DNA of 64,000 nt, from the IMG/VR virus record IMGVR_UViG_3300025389_000011. The stretch is one strand, 5' to 3'. The notes under the pieces are model-generated. The model was not told where the DNA came from, did not search any database, and was given only the letters and a program-made list of their open reading frames with translations. The first letter of the stretch is position 1. Each line of letters starts with the position of its first letter. The translations under genes and the position numbers were made by a program. The DNA is from a virus. Its lineage: Duplodnaviria > Caudoviricetes. Positions 39,565 through 46,598 of the stretch are shown piece after piece.

Positions 39565-39656
39565 GCCAGCGAGACTTGGAAGTCAGAGAGGTCTTATAAG
39601 CCTTTTAGCGCCAGATTAGCGTTCTTGAGTGGGTTCGATTCCCACCGCTGGTACCA
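39565..39656 (+). tRNA. Non-canonical tRNA, anticodon TAT (Ile?), long variable arm
   Basis: 7-bp acceptor, TTCGATT T-loop, CCA; 4-nt D-loop, extended anticodon stem, 5-bp variable stem. Confidence 0.65.
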
Positions 39657-39661
39657 GTTAT

Positions 39662-39737
39662 GGTGATTGTAGCTCAATGGTAGAGTCCAGGATTGTGATT
39701 CCTGTTGTTGTGGGTTCGAATCCCATCAGTCACCCCA
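39662..39737 (+). tRNA. tRNA-His(GTG) with encoded G-1
   Basis: Cloverleaf with extra G-1:C73 pair, CCA. Confidence 0.95.
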
Positions 39738-39801
39738 AAATTACATTATAAAATAAATTATTCTATTATACATGATAAATAGTATAACAAAGGACAATAA
39801 T

Positions 39802-40200
39802 ATGCCAAAATACACAAAATACACCCTAGTCACTTTTGCGGTTACAGATTTTGAAGAATTTAGTGATTCTATAAAATCTTTTAACAAAGATTCTTTAGTA
39901 AAATTAAAAGAACATGCAAGTTCCGGTATAATGCACACAGCATTACATACTGGTGACAATGGCGGACTCAAAAGATATTGGATAGACCAAGCCGCGGCTG
40001 AAGCATGGAAATCATTTTTATTACAATCAGCAGAAAAATACGGTGTTGAGATTACTAGCATTGAAATAGGTGATAATGATACTGACCCCGTTGATGAATT
40101 GCTAACCGGAACAACCCCTGATACACCAGCAACACCGGCAACATCAGATACTCCAACAACGTCGGATACACCAACAACTCCGGATACTAAAACTGTTTAA
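39802..40200 (+). CDS. Hypothetical protein (paralog of the next gene), TPxTP tail
   Basis: KYTKYTLVTF...KRYWIDQAAAEAW...EKYGV. Confidence 0.75.
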   Translation: MPKYTKYTLVTFAVTDFEEFSDSIKSFNKDSLVKLKEHASSGIMHTALHTGDNGGLKRYWIDQAAAEAWKSFLLQSAEKYGVEITSIEIGDNDTDPVDELLTGTTPDTPATPATSDTPTTSDTPTTPDTKTV

Positions 40201-40208
40201 GGACATTA

Positions 40209-40514
40209 ATGGAATATACTAAGTATACAATCGTTACATTTACGAATCCAAAAACTCATTTCGATGATAAGTACTCTGATAATGAAGTTGAGTTTATAAA
40301 TGATACTTTTGCTAAAGCTGCCTTAATGACAAGTCAAGATAAAACCCCAGGCTACCATGAATTTGCTGGCGCTGGCTGTGTTAAGCGTATTTGGAAAGAC
40401 CAAGCCGCGGCAGAAGAATGGAGAGACTTTATATTTGCTACCGGAGAGAAGTATGGTGTTAAATTGTCTAGCGTAGAAATATTTGATGCTACCGAAGAAG
40501 ACAATGATATATGA
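40209..40514 (+). CDS. Hypothetical protein (paralog of the previous gene)
   Basis: EYTKYTIVTF...KRIWKDQAAAEEW...EKYGV. Confidence 0.75.
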   Translation: MEYTKYTIVTFTNPKTHFDDKYSDNEVEFINDTFAKAALMTSQDKTPGYHEFAGAGCVKRIWKDQAAAEEWRDFIFATGEKYGVKLSSVEIFDATEEDNDI

Positions 40515-40566
40515 AATATTAGTGTCACTATATTTGGACTAAGTATTATCATTAAGGTACCAATGT

Positions 40567-41622
40567 ATGGCAAAAGTATTGTTCATTTTAAAACGCAGAG
40601 AAGATTACCATAGCGTACTACATTCGCATATTGGATTAAGCACTGGCTTATACAATTCAGCTAGTTTTATGAATGACATGCTAGTTGATGCTAATGTAGA
40701 ATCAAATTTAGTTGTTGTGCATGATAACAACTGCATTGACCGAGAAGTTAACAAATATAAACCAACACACGTAATTATTGAGGCACTATGGGTAGTGCCC
40801 ACTAAGTTTGCTGTGCTGTGTAAACTACACCCCAACGTTAAATGGATCATTCGCATACATAGCGAAATGCCTTTCATGGCAGGTGAGGGTATGGCAATGG
40901 ATTGGATTGCCGAGTATAGTAGTTACAAAAACATTATTTTAGGTATCAACGCACCTAGAATGTTAGATGAAGTGCAAACATATTTAAAAGTCCGCAATAG
41001 TTGGACTGATAAAGAAACAAATGAACGAGTAATTTATTTACCTAACTATTATCCACAAGACTACGTATCAAAGAAATTTGATAGAAACAAAGAATATATT
41101 GACATAGGTTGTTTTGGTGCAGTAAGACCATTAAAGAACCACATGGTTCAAGCAGTGGCCGCATTGGATTTTGCAAATCGCATTGGTAAGAAATTAAGAT
41201 TTCACGTTAATGCAGGTCGTATTGAAATGAACGGTGGACCTGTTATTAACAATCTAAAAGGATTTTTTGAACAACTAGCAGATACAGGTCATCAATTGAT
41301 TAATCACCAATGGACACCTAGAGAACAATTTCTAGAGTTGTGTGCTAGTATGGATATAGGACTACAAGTTAGTTTTAGTGAAACATTTAATATTGTTGGT
41401 GCAGACTTGATTAGTCAAGGTGTACCGTTAGTTGGTAGTAGTGAAATACCTTGGTTTGTACCAATGTTTGCCGCACATGCTACTGAAAGTAAAATGATTG
41501 CTGATAAGTTATTATCAACGTACAAAACCCCATGGCTAAATGCCAAACTAAATCAATGGTCTTTGACTAATTACACAAATAAAACAAAAAATATTTGGGT
41601 TAAATACTTTACAGGAGAGTGA
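40567..41622 (+). CDS. Glycosyltransferase-like (GT-B/GT4-like)
   Basis: IGCFGAVRPLKN, DIGLQVSFSETFNIVGAD...GVPLVGS. Confidence 0.7.
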   Translation: MAKVLFILKRREDYHSVLHSHIGLSTGLYNSASFMNDMLVDANVESNLVVVHDNNCIDREVNKYKPTHVIIEALWVVPTKFAVLCKLHPNVKWIIRIHSEMPFMAGEGMAMDWIAEYSSYKNIILGINAPRMLDEVQTYLKVRNSWTDKETNERVIYLPNYYPQDYVSKKFDRNKEYIDIGCFGAVRPLKNHMVQAVAALDFANRIGKKLRFHVNAGRIEMNGGPVINNLKGFFEQLADTGHQLINHQWTPREQFLELCASMDIGLQVSFSETFNIVGADLISQGVPLVGSSEIPWFVPMFAAHATESKMIADKLLSTYKTPWLNAKLNQWSLTNYTNKTKNIWVKYFTGE

Positions 41623-41626
41623 AACA

Positions 41627-41815
41627 ATGGCAAAACATAGGGTTAGAACGCATGACTGGGTCAATGGTATTTTAGAAACAAGAGATATCTTTTTTAATAG
41701 TTTTGTTTCAGCATTAGAATTTACGCAACGTGTTAAATCACATCATGTAAAAATTTATAATGATGTGGGTAATTTATTGCATGATTCAGGATCAATGACA
41801 GATACTTACGCATAG
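41627..41815 (+). CDS. Small hypothetical protein
   Basis: 62 aa with AGGAGA RBS. Confidence 0.6.
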   Translation: MAKHRVRTHDWVNGILETRDIFFNSFVSALEFTQRVKSHHVKIYNDVGNLLHDSGSMTDTYA

Positions 41816-41818
41816 ATT

Positions 41819-41893
41819 GAATTCTTAGTTCAATGGATAGAACACCATGTTCCGATCGTGGAAATGCGGGTTCGATTCCTGCAGAATTCACCA
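41819..41893 (+). tRNA. tRNA-Arg(CCG)
   Basis: Cloverleaf, CCA. Confidence 0.9.
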
Positions 41894-41917
41894 ACATAGT
41901 CTAAGAAAGGAATAAAC

Positions 41918-42478
41918 ATGTCTGTGTTAACTTTAGATATATCTGGTATACCAAGACAATGGATTTCAAATGATGAAGCTATTACATATCACGCAAAAAA
42001 TGCGGTGGCTTGGGCACTAGGAGAAGTAATTGCAAAATATCGTGGTGGAACACAACGTGACGGTCAAACAAGTTATTTAGAAACAACAAGTATTATTGCT
42101 GTTAAAGGACACGGATTTAATCCATACAAACATGCAAATGTTGCACTAAGTAACAAAACATTATTTGGTCGGGATAGGTACGTGTGTGCATATTGCGGGG
42201 GACACTTCCCGAATTATCATCACCTTAGCAGGGACCATATTGTCCCTAAATTTTTGGGTGGTGAAAACACATGGATGAATGTTGTTACTGCATGTAAAGA
42301 ATGTAACAGCAAAAAAAGCCATAAAACATTGAAACAAGCACGTATGGAATTACTATATGTGCCATATGTTCCAAATCACTACGAAAACATGATTCTACAA
42401 AACCGCACAATACTTGCGGATCAAATGGAGTACCTATTAGCAGGTGTTCCAAAACACAGTAGAATTCTCCTAAATTAG
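41918..42478 (+). CDS. HNH endonuclease (McrA-like)
   Basis: LFGRDRYVCAYCG, SRDHIVP...GG..W.NVVTACKECNSKK. Confidence 0.9.
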   Translation: MSVLTLDISGIPRQWISNDEAITYHAKNAVAWALGEVIAKYRGGTQRDGQTSYLETTSIIAVKGHGFNPYKHANVALSNKTLFGRDRYVCAYCGGHFPNYHHLSRDHIVPKFLGGENTWMNVVTACKECNSKKSHKTLKQARMELLYVPYVPNHYENMILQNRTILADQMEYLLAGVPKHSRILLN

Positions 42479-42488
42479 CACGACACGG

Positions 42489-42517
42489 TTGACAAAATAA
42501 TTTTGTCGTGCTATACT
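42489..42517 (+). promoter_or_regulatory. Sigma70-type promoter
   Basis: TTGACA-17nt-TATACT upstream of tRNA-Thr. Confidence 0.85.
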
Positions 42518-42534
42518 CTGTTAAATAATAGTAT

Positions 42535-42610
42535 GCCCTTATAGCTCATTTGGTAGAGCAACTGATTTGTAATCAGTAGGTGCCGTGTTCGAATCATGGT
42601 GGGGGCACCA
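42535..42610 (+). tRNA. tRNA-Thr(TGT)
   Basis: Cloverleaf, CCA. Confidence 0.95.
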
Positions 42611-42615
42611 AATAT

Positions 42616-42691
42616 TGGCCTATAGCTCAGTTGGTAGAGCAACGGACTGTTAATCCGTGTGTCCCTGGTTCGAGCCCAGGTAGGCCAGCCA
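42616..42691 (+). tRNA. tRNA-Asn(GTT)
   Basis: Cloverleaf, CCA. Confidence 0.95.
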
Positions 42692-42712
42692 AACAACATA
42701 GAGGATATTACA

Positions 42713-43096
42713 ATGGGACTTTTTTCAAAATTCAAAAATATAGAAACTTCATTCGTTAATGAAGTTGAACACTTAGAACAGGTTATTGTGGCAGATGCAA
42801 AGGGTCTTTTTGAAAAAGCCCGCCAAGAGGCATTATCCGCTAATGATGAGGTCAACAGACTAAAAACAGAATTACAAACGGCATTAATTAAAGCACGTGA
42901 TTTACACGAGGTTGCAATGAAAGCCGCTAGTGATGCTGTGCAACAAGCAGAGGCTGATGTTGTAAGATTTAAACAAGCTGTTATTGCTCATGGCAATGAC
43001 CTAAAAACTCAGGCAAGTCAAATCGTCACACCACCCGCTCCAGTCGCTACAGCCGATACAACCGACCCTATAGCAAACGCTGTACCCGGACAATAA
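42713..43096 (+). CDS. Coiled-coil hypothetical protein
   Basis: GAGGA RBS; Ala/Glu-rich heptads. Confidence 0.7.
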   Translation: MGLFSKFKNIETSFVNEVEHLEQVIVADAKGLFEKARQEALSANDEVNRLKTELQTALIKARDLHEVAMKAASDAVQQAEADVVRFKQAVIAHGNDLKTQASQIVTPPAPVATADTTDPIANAVPGQ

Positions 43097-43106
43097 AACA
43101 AAATAC

Positions 43107-43149
43107 TTGACAATAATTAAACCCTAGTATATACTAGGGTTTTGTTTTA
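43107..43149 (+). promoter_or_regulatory. Sigma70 promoter whose -10 lies inside a 24-bp palindrome followed by a T-tract
   Basis: TTGACA(43107)-17-TATACT(43130); AAACCCTAGTATATACTAGGGTTT at 43119-43142. Confidence 0.75.
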
Positions 43150-43151
43150 CT

Positions 43152-43228
43152 CCGGCGGTAGCTCAATTGGATAGAGCATCGGTCTTCTACACCGAGGGTT
43201 GGGGGTTCGAATCCCTCCCGCCGGGCCA
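43152..43228 (+). tRNA. tRNA-Arg(TCT)
   Basis: Cloverleaf, CCA. Confidence 0.93.
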
Positions 43229-43231
43229 CTA

Positions 43232-43403
43232 TGTTGTAAAAATACAACATCTAAGTATTTGACAAATAATCAGTTTAGTTATACAATACTTACATGAGTT
43301 GAGAAATTGATTCAGATTAATTGGTAAAAGATTGTTGTAGAAATACAAAAAATCATTTGACAATAAATCAAGGTAGTGATACAATCATTACATGAGTTGA
43401 GAA
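43232..43403 (+). promoter_or_regulatory. Two tandem sigma70 promoters, each with an upstream TGTTGTA-N4-TACAACA-type palindrome
   Basis: TTGACA 43259 / TACAAT 43282 and TTGACA 43357 / TACAAT 43380; both followed by ATGAGTTGAGAA. Confidence 0.85.
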
Positions 43404-43467
43404 GTTATCAAACTTTTTAACGTGTTCTTTAAAAAATTAAGTTTCATATATCATCTTGAATTCAAGG

Positions 43468-43704
43468 TGTTATATGTAAGTATGGTAAAGGTTACCTATA
43501 CCGTTAGGGGCTTTGTGCGGGAAGATGTATCGACGGATACACCCAATAGTCAGAGTTTATGAAGCGTATGAACGATAGTTTAGGCTATGCAGTTGAACGT
43601 GACGGAAGAATATAGGCAGTAATGACCGTGCAGGCTTACGTGGAGACGTTCCCGTAAGTAGAGATAGATGCACAATGGTTCCTTTAGTTTACTTACATAT
43701 AACA
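43468..43704 (+). ncRNA. Unassigned structured RNA closed by a perfect 15-bp terminal stem
   Basis: TGTTATATGTAAGTA/TACTTACATATAACA with nested TAAAGG/CCTTTA, TTGTGC/GCACAA and CGGGAA/TTCCCG. Confidence 0.65.
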
Positions 43705-43710
43705 GTTTAT

Positions 43711-43844
43711 GCTCAGATAGTTCCACGCAAAGTTCGCAACTTTGGTCCACGGTGAGTTCGCAACTCATGGCAGTTGGAGAGGTAAACACCCCCGCTACAG
43801 GGGGTCTCCAGTGAAAGAAGGTGCAAATCCTTCATAGAGCGCCA
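43711..43844 (+). ncRNA. tRNA-like structured RNA ending in a T-arm and GCCA
   Basis: GAAGG-TGCAAAT-CCTTC T-arm, 3' AGAGC-G-CCA pairing with 5' GCTC, twin GTTCGCAAC hairpins. Confidence 0.6.
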
Positions 43845-43895
43845 TTTAAGGCAGTTTCAGATAGTGACCTGAAATCGTAAGTCCAATCTAACAAT

Positions 43896-43971
43896 GCTCG
43901 GTTCGTCTAGAGGCCTAGGACAACGCCCTTTCACGGCGTGAACAGGGATTCGAATTCCCTACCGAGTACCA
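43896..43971 (+). tRNA. tRNA-Glu(TTC)
   Basis: Cloverleaf, CCA. Confidence 0.95.
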
Positions 43972-43981
43972 ATCATTGATT

Positions 43982-44067
43982 GGATAGTGAGTAGCATTGG
44001 CGACTACAGTGGACTGTAAATCCACCACCTTACGGTATACGGGGTTCGAATCCCTGACTATCCACCA
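43982..44067 (+). tRNA. tRNA-Tyr(GTA)
   Basis: Type II cloverleaf, CCA. Confidence 0.93.
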
Positions 44068-44074
44068 AGAACAT

Positions 44075-44151
44075 GCACCGTTAGCGCAGTTGGTTAGCGC
44101 ACCGCCCTGTCACGGCGGGGGTCAGGGGTTCGAGTCCCCTACGGTGCGCCA
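44075..44151 (+). tRNA. tRNA-Asp(GTC)
   Basis: Cloverleaf, CCA. Confidence 0.95.
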
Positions 44152-44355
44152 GAATTTTGCGAGTGTCAGCAAGAGAAAGTCACGTTACCAAGGCTAGTTC
44201 GAACAGCCTAGTAGTGTAAAGCAACGGGGGGCGCAAAACCCTAGCAAAAATATAGACACGTTGGACCGGTATCCCAAGTGACAGACTGCCCCCGTCCGGA
44301 CTAGTTAATTCGGGTGAAGCGTTGAGATAACAGCGGCTCAACTACTTACAAATTC
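44152..44355 (+). ncRNA. Unassigned structured RNA with a probable pseudoknot
   Basis: Terminal stem GAATTT/AAATTC; AGGCT/AGCCT, CCGGA/TTCGG and GTTGAG/CTCAAC hairpins; crossing GTCAC/GTGAC and GGGGGC/GCCCCC pairs. Confidence 0.6.
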
Positions 44356-44423
44356 ATTATTAGGTAAACACAATAAAGTATCATTTATTTGTGTTTAGCA
44401 TAAATAATCATATAGGAGATTAT

Positions 44424-44855
44424 ATGATTGATATTACTGAATTTATAAATAGACCTCGTGACGAAAGAAGGTCCCATCTAAATTTAGATGAACCCTGTTG
44501 TGAACGCGGTGGTAATTCCACCAATCACAAAGGTGTTTTAGCACAGTTTTTAGACTCAACTATTCCGTCAGGAAGAATTCTGTTATGTCACGCATGTAAT
44601 AATAATAAATGTTCTAACCCAAAACACTTGTATTGGGGAACAGACTATGATAATATTATCATTGATGGCTCAGAGTTCGGAACACATAAAAATCCTTTTG
44701 AACGCCGTGTTGAAAAATATGGTTTAGAAAAGGCTAGTGCAATGAATAGCAGAGTAGGCAATAATAATGGTTCTGGTAATAAGGGTAAACCTAAATCAGA
44801 AGAACACAAGAAAAATATTGCGGAAGCAATTAAAAGAAAGTATAATAAACAATAG
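44424..44855 (+). mobile_element. Free-standing HNH homing-endonuclease-like gene with a NUMOD3-type tail
   Basis: LLCHACNNNKCSNPKHLYWGT; C-terminal GNKGKPKSEEHKKNIAEA; lies between RNA genes. Confidence 0.75.
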
Positions 44856-44862
44856 ATTAATT

Positions 44863-44947
44863 GCCCGGGTGGAGAAATGGTATACTCAGAAGACTTAAAA
44901 TCTTCCGCTGTAATGGCATGCCGGTTCGAGTCCGGCCCCGGGCACCA
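44863..44947 (+). tRNA. tRNA-Leu(TAA)
   Basis: Type II cloverleaf, CCA. Confidence 0.95.
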
Positions 44948-44953
44948 AGTTAT

Positions 44954-45030
44954 GGGCCCTTAGCTCATTCGGTTAGAGCAGTGGACTCATAATCCATTGG
45001 TGGTGTGTTCGAATCACACAGGGCCCACCA
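44954..45030 (+). tRNA. tRNA-Ile2(CAT), lysidine type (or Met)
   Basis: GGGCCCT acceptor and CT-CAT-AA loop resemble bacterial ileX. Confidence 0.8.
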
Positions 45031-45049
45031 AATTGATAGTATGATTATT

Positions 45050-45144
45050 GGAGACGTGGGTGAGCCGGTTTAAACCACCTTCCTGCTAAGAAGACGTATG
45101 AGCAAAAACTTGTACCGAGAGTTCGAATCTCTCCGTCTCCGCCA
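45050..45144 (+). tRNA. tRNA-Ser(GCT)
   Basis: Type II cloverleaf, G73, CCA. Confidence 0.92.
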
Positions 45145-45157
45145 ACAATATTTTTTC

Positions 45158-45235
45158 GGTGAGGTGGCAGAGCGGCCCAATGCAAGGGATTGCAAATCCC
45201 TAAAACCGTGAGTTCAAATCTCACCCTCACCTCCA
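45158..45235 (+). tRNA. tRNA-Cys(GCA)
   Basis: Cloverleaf, U73, CCA. Confidence 0.95.
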
Positions 45236-45254
45236 ACAACTTTAGGAGAATTGA

Positions 45255-45389
45255 ATGGCTAATGTAAAGCAAGGCAATTTAACAAAGAGTCCTCAATGGT
45301 GGAAACATCTTAAGGATTGGAAGCGTGTGTTCTGGAAATCAGAACGACAAGCACAAAAGAGAGAAATCAAGGTTGACAACAATACCTAA
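45255..45389 (+). CDS. Small basic Trp-rich protein (44 aa)
   Basis: AGGAG RBS; MANVKQGNLTKSPQWWKHLKDWKRVFWKSERQ. Confidence 0.65.
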   Translation: MANVKQGNLTKSPQWWKHLKDWKRVFWKSERQAQKREIKVDNNT

Positions 45390-45489
45390 TTGTTGTATAA
45401 TAATTTTTTAAACGAAAGAGGTAATGACATGAAACGAAGTAAACGATAGTGTCATTCTTAGACTTCCAAGTATGGTCTAGGGATGGCAC
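45373..45489 (+). promoter_or_regulatory. Sigma70 promoter + micro-ORF MKRSKR + 15-bp hairpin upstream of two tRNA-Lys genes
   Basis: TTGACA 45373 / TATAAT 45396; GAGGT RBS; ATG 45429 to TAG 45449; hairpin 45449-45489. Confidence 0.6.
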
Positions 45490-45515
45490 GTAAAAGAAAA
45501 ATCTAATACTGCTAT

Positions 45516-45590
45516 CCCTTCGAGATGTTACGGTAGCATACCGGACTCTTAATCCGAGAAGACTGAGTTCAATTCTCAGCGGAGGGACCA
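45516..45590 (+). tRNA. tRNA-Lys(CTT)
   Basis: Cloverleaf with one anticodon-stem mismatch, CCA. Confidence 0.85.
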
Positions 45591-45596
45591 TATTAT

Positions 45597-45672
45597 GGAA
45601 GCATAACTCAATGGCTAGAGTATCCGGCTTTTAACCGGAATGTTGTGGGTTCGAGTCCCACTGCTTCTACCA
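45597..45672 (+). tRNA. tRNA-Lys(TTT)
   Basis: Cloverleaf, CCA. Confidence 0.95.
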
Positions 45673-45742
45673 TATAAAAACACATTCGCAACCAAATGGG
45701 AGTGAAATATCCGCGGGGAGTGTGTTTCTATATGGTATTATT

Positions 45743-46015
45743 GGAAATGTGGCAGAGTCCGGTTTATTGCTTTTGAGTTGATTGTGTATAAATAAAGTTA
45801 TGAATACTTATATGAAAAAGATTTAAAACCTGTACTTGAATATGTTAAAAACAAATATGGGAAAGACTTTATAAGTCTTTATGAATAATGGAGGGCCAAA
45901 CCGACTGGTGACGGTAACGGTCTTGAAAACCGCCGAGTGTTAATAGCGCCTTTAGAGTTCGACTCTCTAGCCCTCCGCCAAAGTAGGAAAAAGGTAAATC
46001 TCACCGTTTCCGCCA
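45743..46015 (+). pseudogene. Split tRNA-Ser remnant (5' piece 45743-45770, 3' piece 45997-46015) with an endonuclease-gene scar
   Basis: GGAAATG pairs with CGTTTCC-G-CCA; the anticodon and variable arms are missing. Confidence 0.7.
45890..45980 (+). tRNA. tRNA-Ser(TGA)
   Basis: Type II cloverleaf, G73, CCA. Confidence 0.92.
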
Positions 46016-46022
46016 AGATAAT

Positions 46023-46096
46023 GTCTCTCTGATGTAATGGCAGCATAGCGGTCTCCAAAACCGTTCGTTGGGGTTCGAGTCCCTAGGGGGACGCCA
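46023..46096 (+). tRNA. tRNA-Trp(CCA)
   Basis: Cloverleaf, CCA end. Confidence 0.93.
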
Positions 46097-46100
46097 AATT

Positions 46101-46174
46101 GCGGGGTTCGTATAGTGGTAATACCTTAGCCTTCCAAGCTAATGCTGAGAGTTCGATTCTCTTACCCCGCTCCA
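46101..46174 (+). tRNA. tRNA-Gly(TCC)
   Basis: Cloverleaf, U73, CCA. Confidence 0.95.
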
Positions 46175-46203
46175 AACACTAAATAGTTAACAGGAGATTA
46201 ACT

Positions 46204-46380
46204 ATGGATGATACGTTAAAACAAGAAATTAAACAATACTTAAAAGAAAATTTAAGTTTAGAAATATCACAAATCGCTGATATATATGAAATCAACCCAG
46301 ATGAAGTAAAAATCAATATTTTACTTGAGGGCGAAGTGATAGCAAGTGGGAAAATTAACCCAACATACGATTGGAGTTAA
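46204..46380 (+). CDS. Small acidic hypothetical protein (58 aa)
   Basis: AGGAGA RBS after a CTAAATA motif. Confidence 0.6.
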   Translation: MDDTLKQEIKQYLKENLSLEISQIADIYEINPDEVKINILLEGEVIASGKINPTYDWS

Positions 46381-46381
46381 G

Positions 46382-46410
46382 TTGACAAATTGATATTGAC
46401 ATGATACAAT
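46382..46410 (+). promoter_or_regulatory. Sigma70-type promoter
   Basis: TTGACA-17-TACAAT upstream of tRNA-Leu(TAG). Confidence 0.8.
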
Positions 46411-46424
46411 TCATGTTAGTTAAT

Positions 46425-46507
46425 GCCCCGATGGTGGAACTGGTAGACACGAAGGTCTTAGAAGCCTTTTCTTCGGAGTGCGAGTTCGAGTCTCGCTTGG
46501 GGCACCA
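46425..46507 (+). tRNA. tRNA-Leu(TAG)
   Basis: Type II cloverleaf, CCA. Confidence 0.93.
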
Positions 46508-46516
46508 AAAAGTTTT

Positions 46517-46592
46517 GGGGGTGTAGCTCACCTGGGAGAGCGACTGGTTTGCAACCAGTAGGTAGCGGGTTCGAGTCCTGTCACCTCCACCA
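46517..46592 (+). tRNA. tRNA-Ala(TGC)
   Basis: Cloverleaf, G3:U70, CCA. Confidence 0.95.
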
Positions 46593-46598
46593 AGATAT

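Noticed and set aside
39328-39568. tmRNA interpretation (the region is followed by GCCA)
   Set aside because: No T-arm, G3:U70 or tag ORF. The GCCA is the start of the next tRNA, and RNase P motifs fit far better.
39593-39600. Ochre-suppressor (TTA anticodon) reading of the unusual tRNA, or stop-codon recoding
   Set aside because: The canonical 7-nt loop centres on TAT. Long genes read cleanly in code 11, and no CTA/TTA/TCA anticodon tRNAs are present.
44215-44245. c-di-GMP-I riboswitch similarity (GGGGGCGCAAAACCC)
   Set aside because: Only one sub-motif matches; the GGYAAA and GNRA-receptor arrangement is missing and there is no downstream gene platform.
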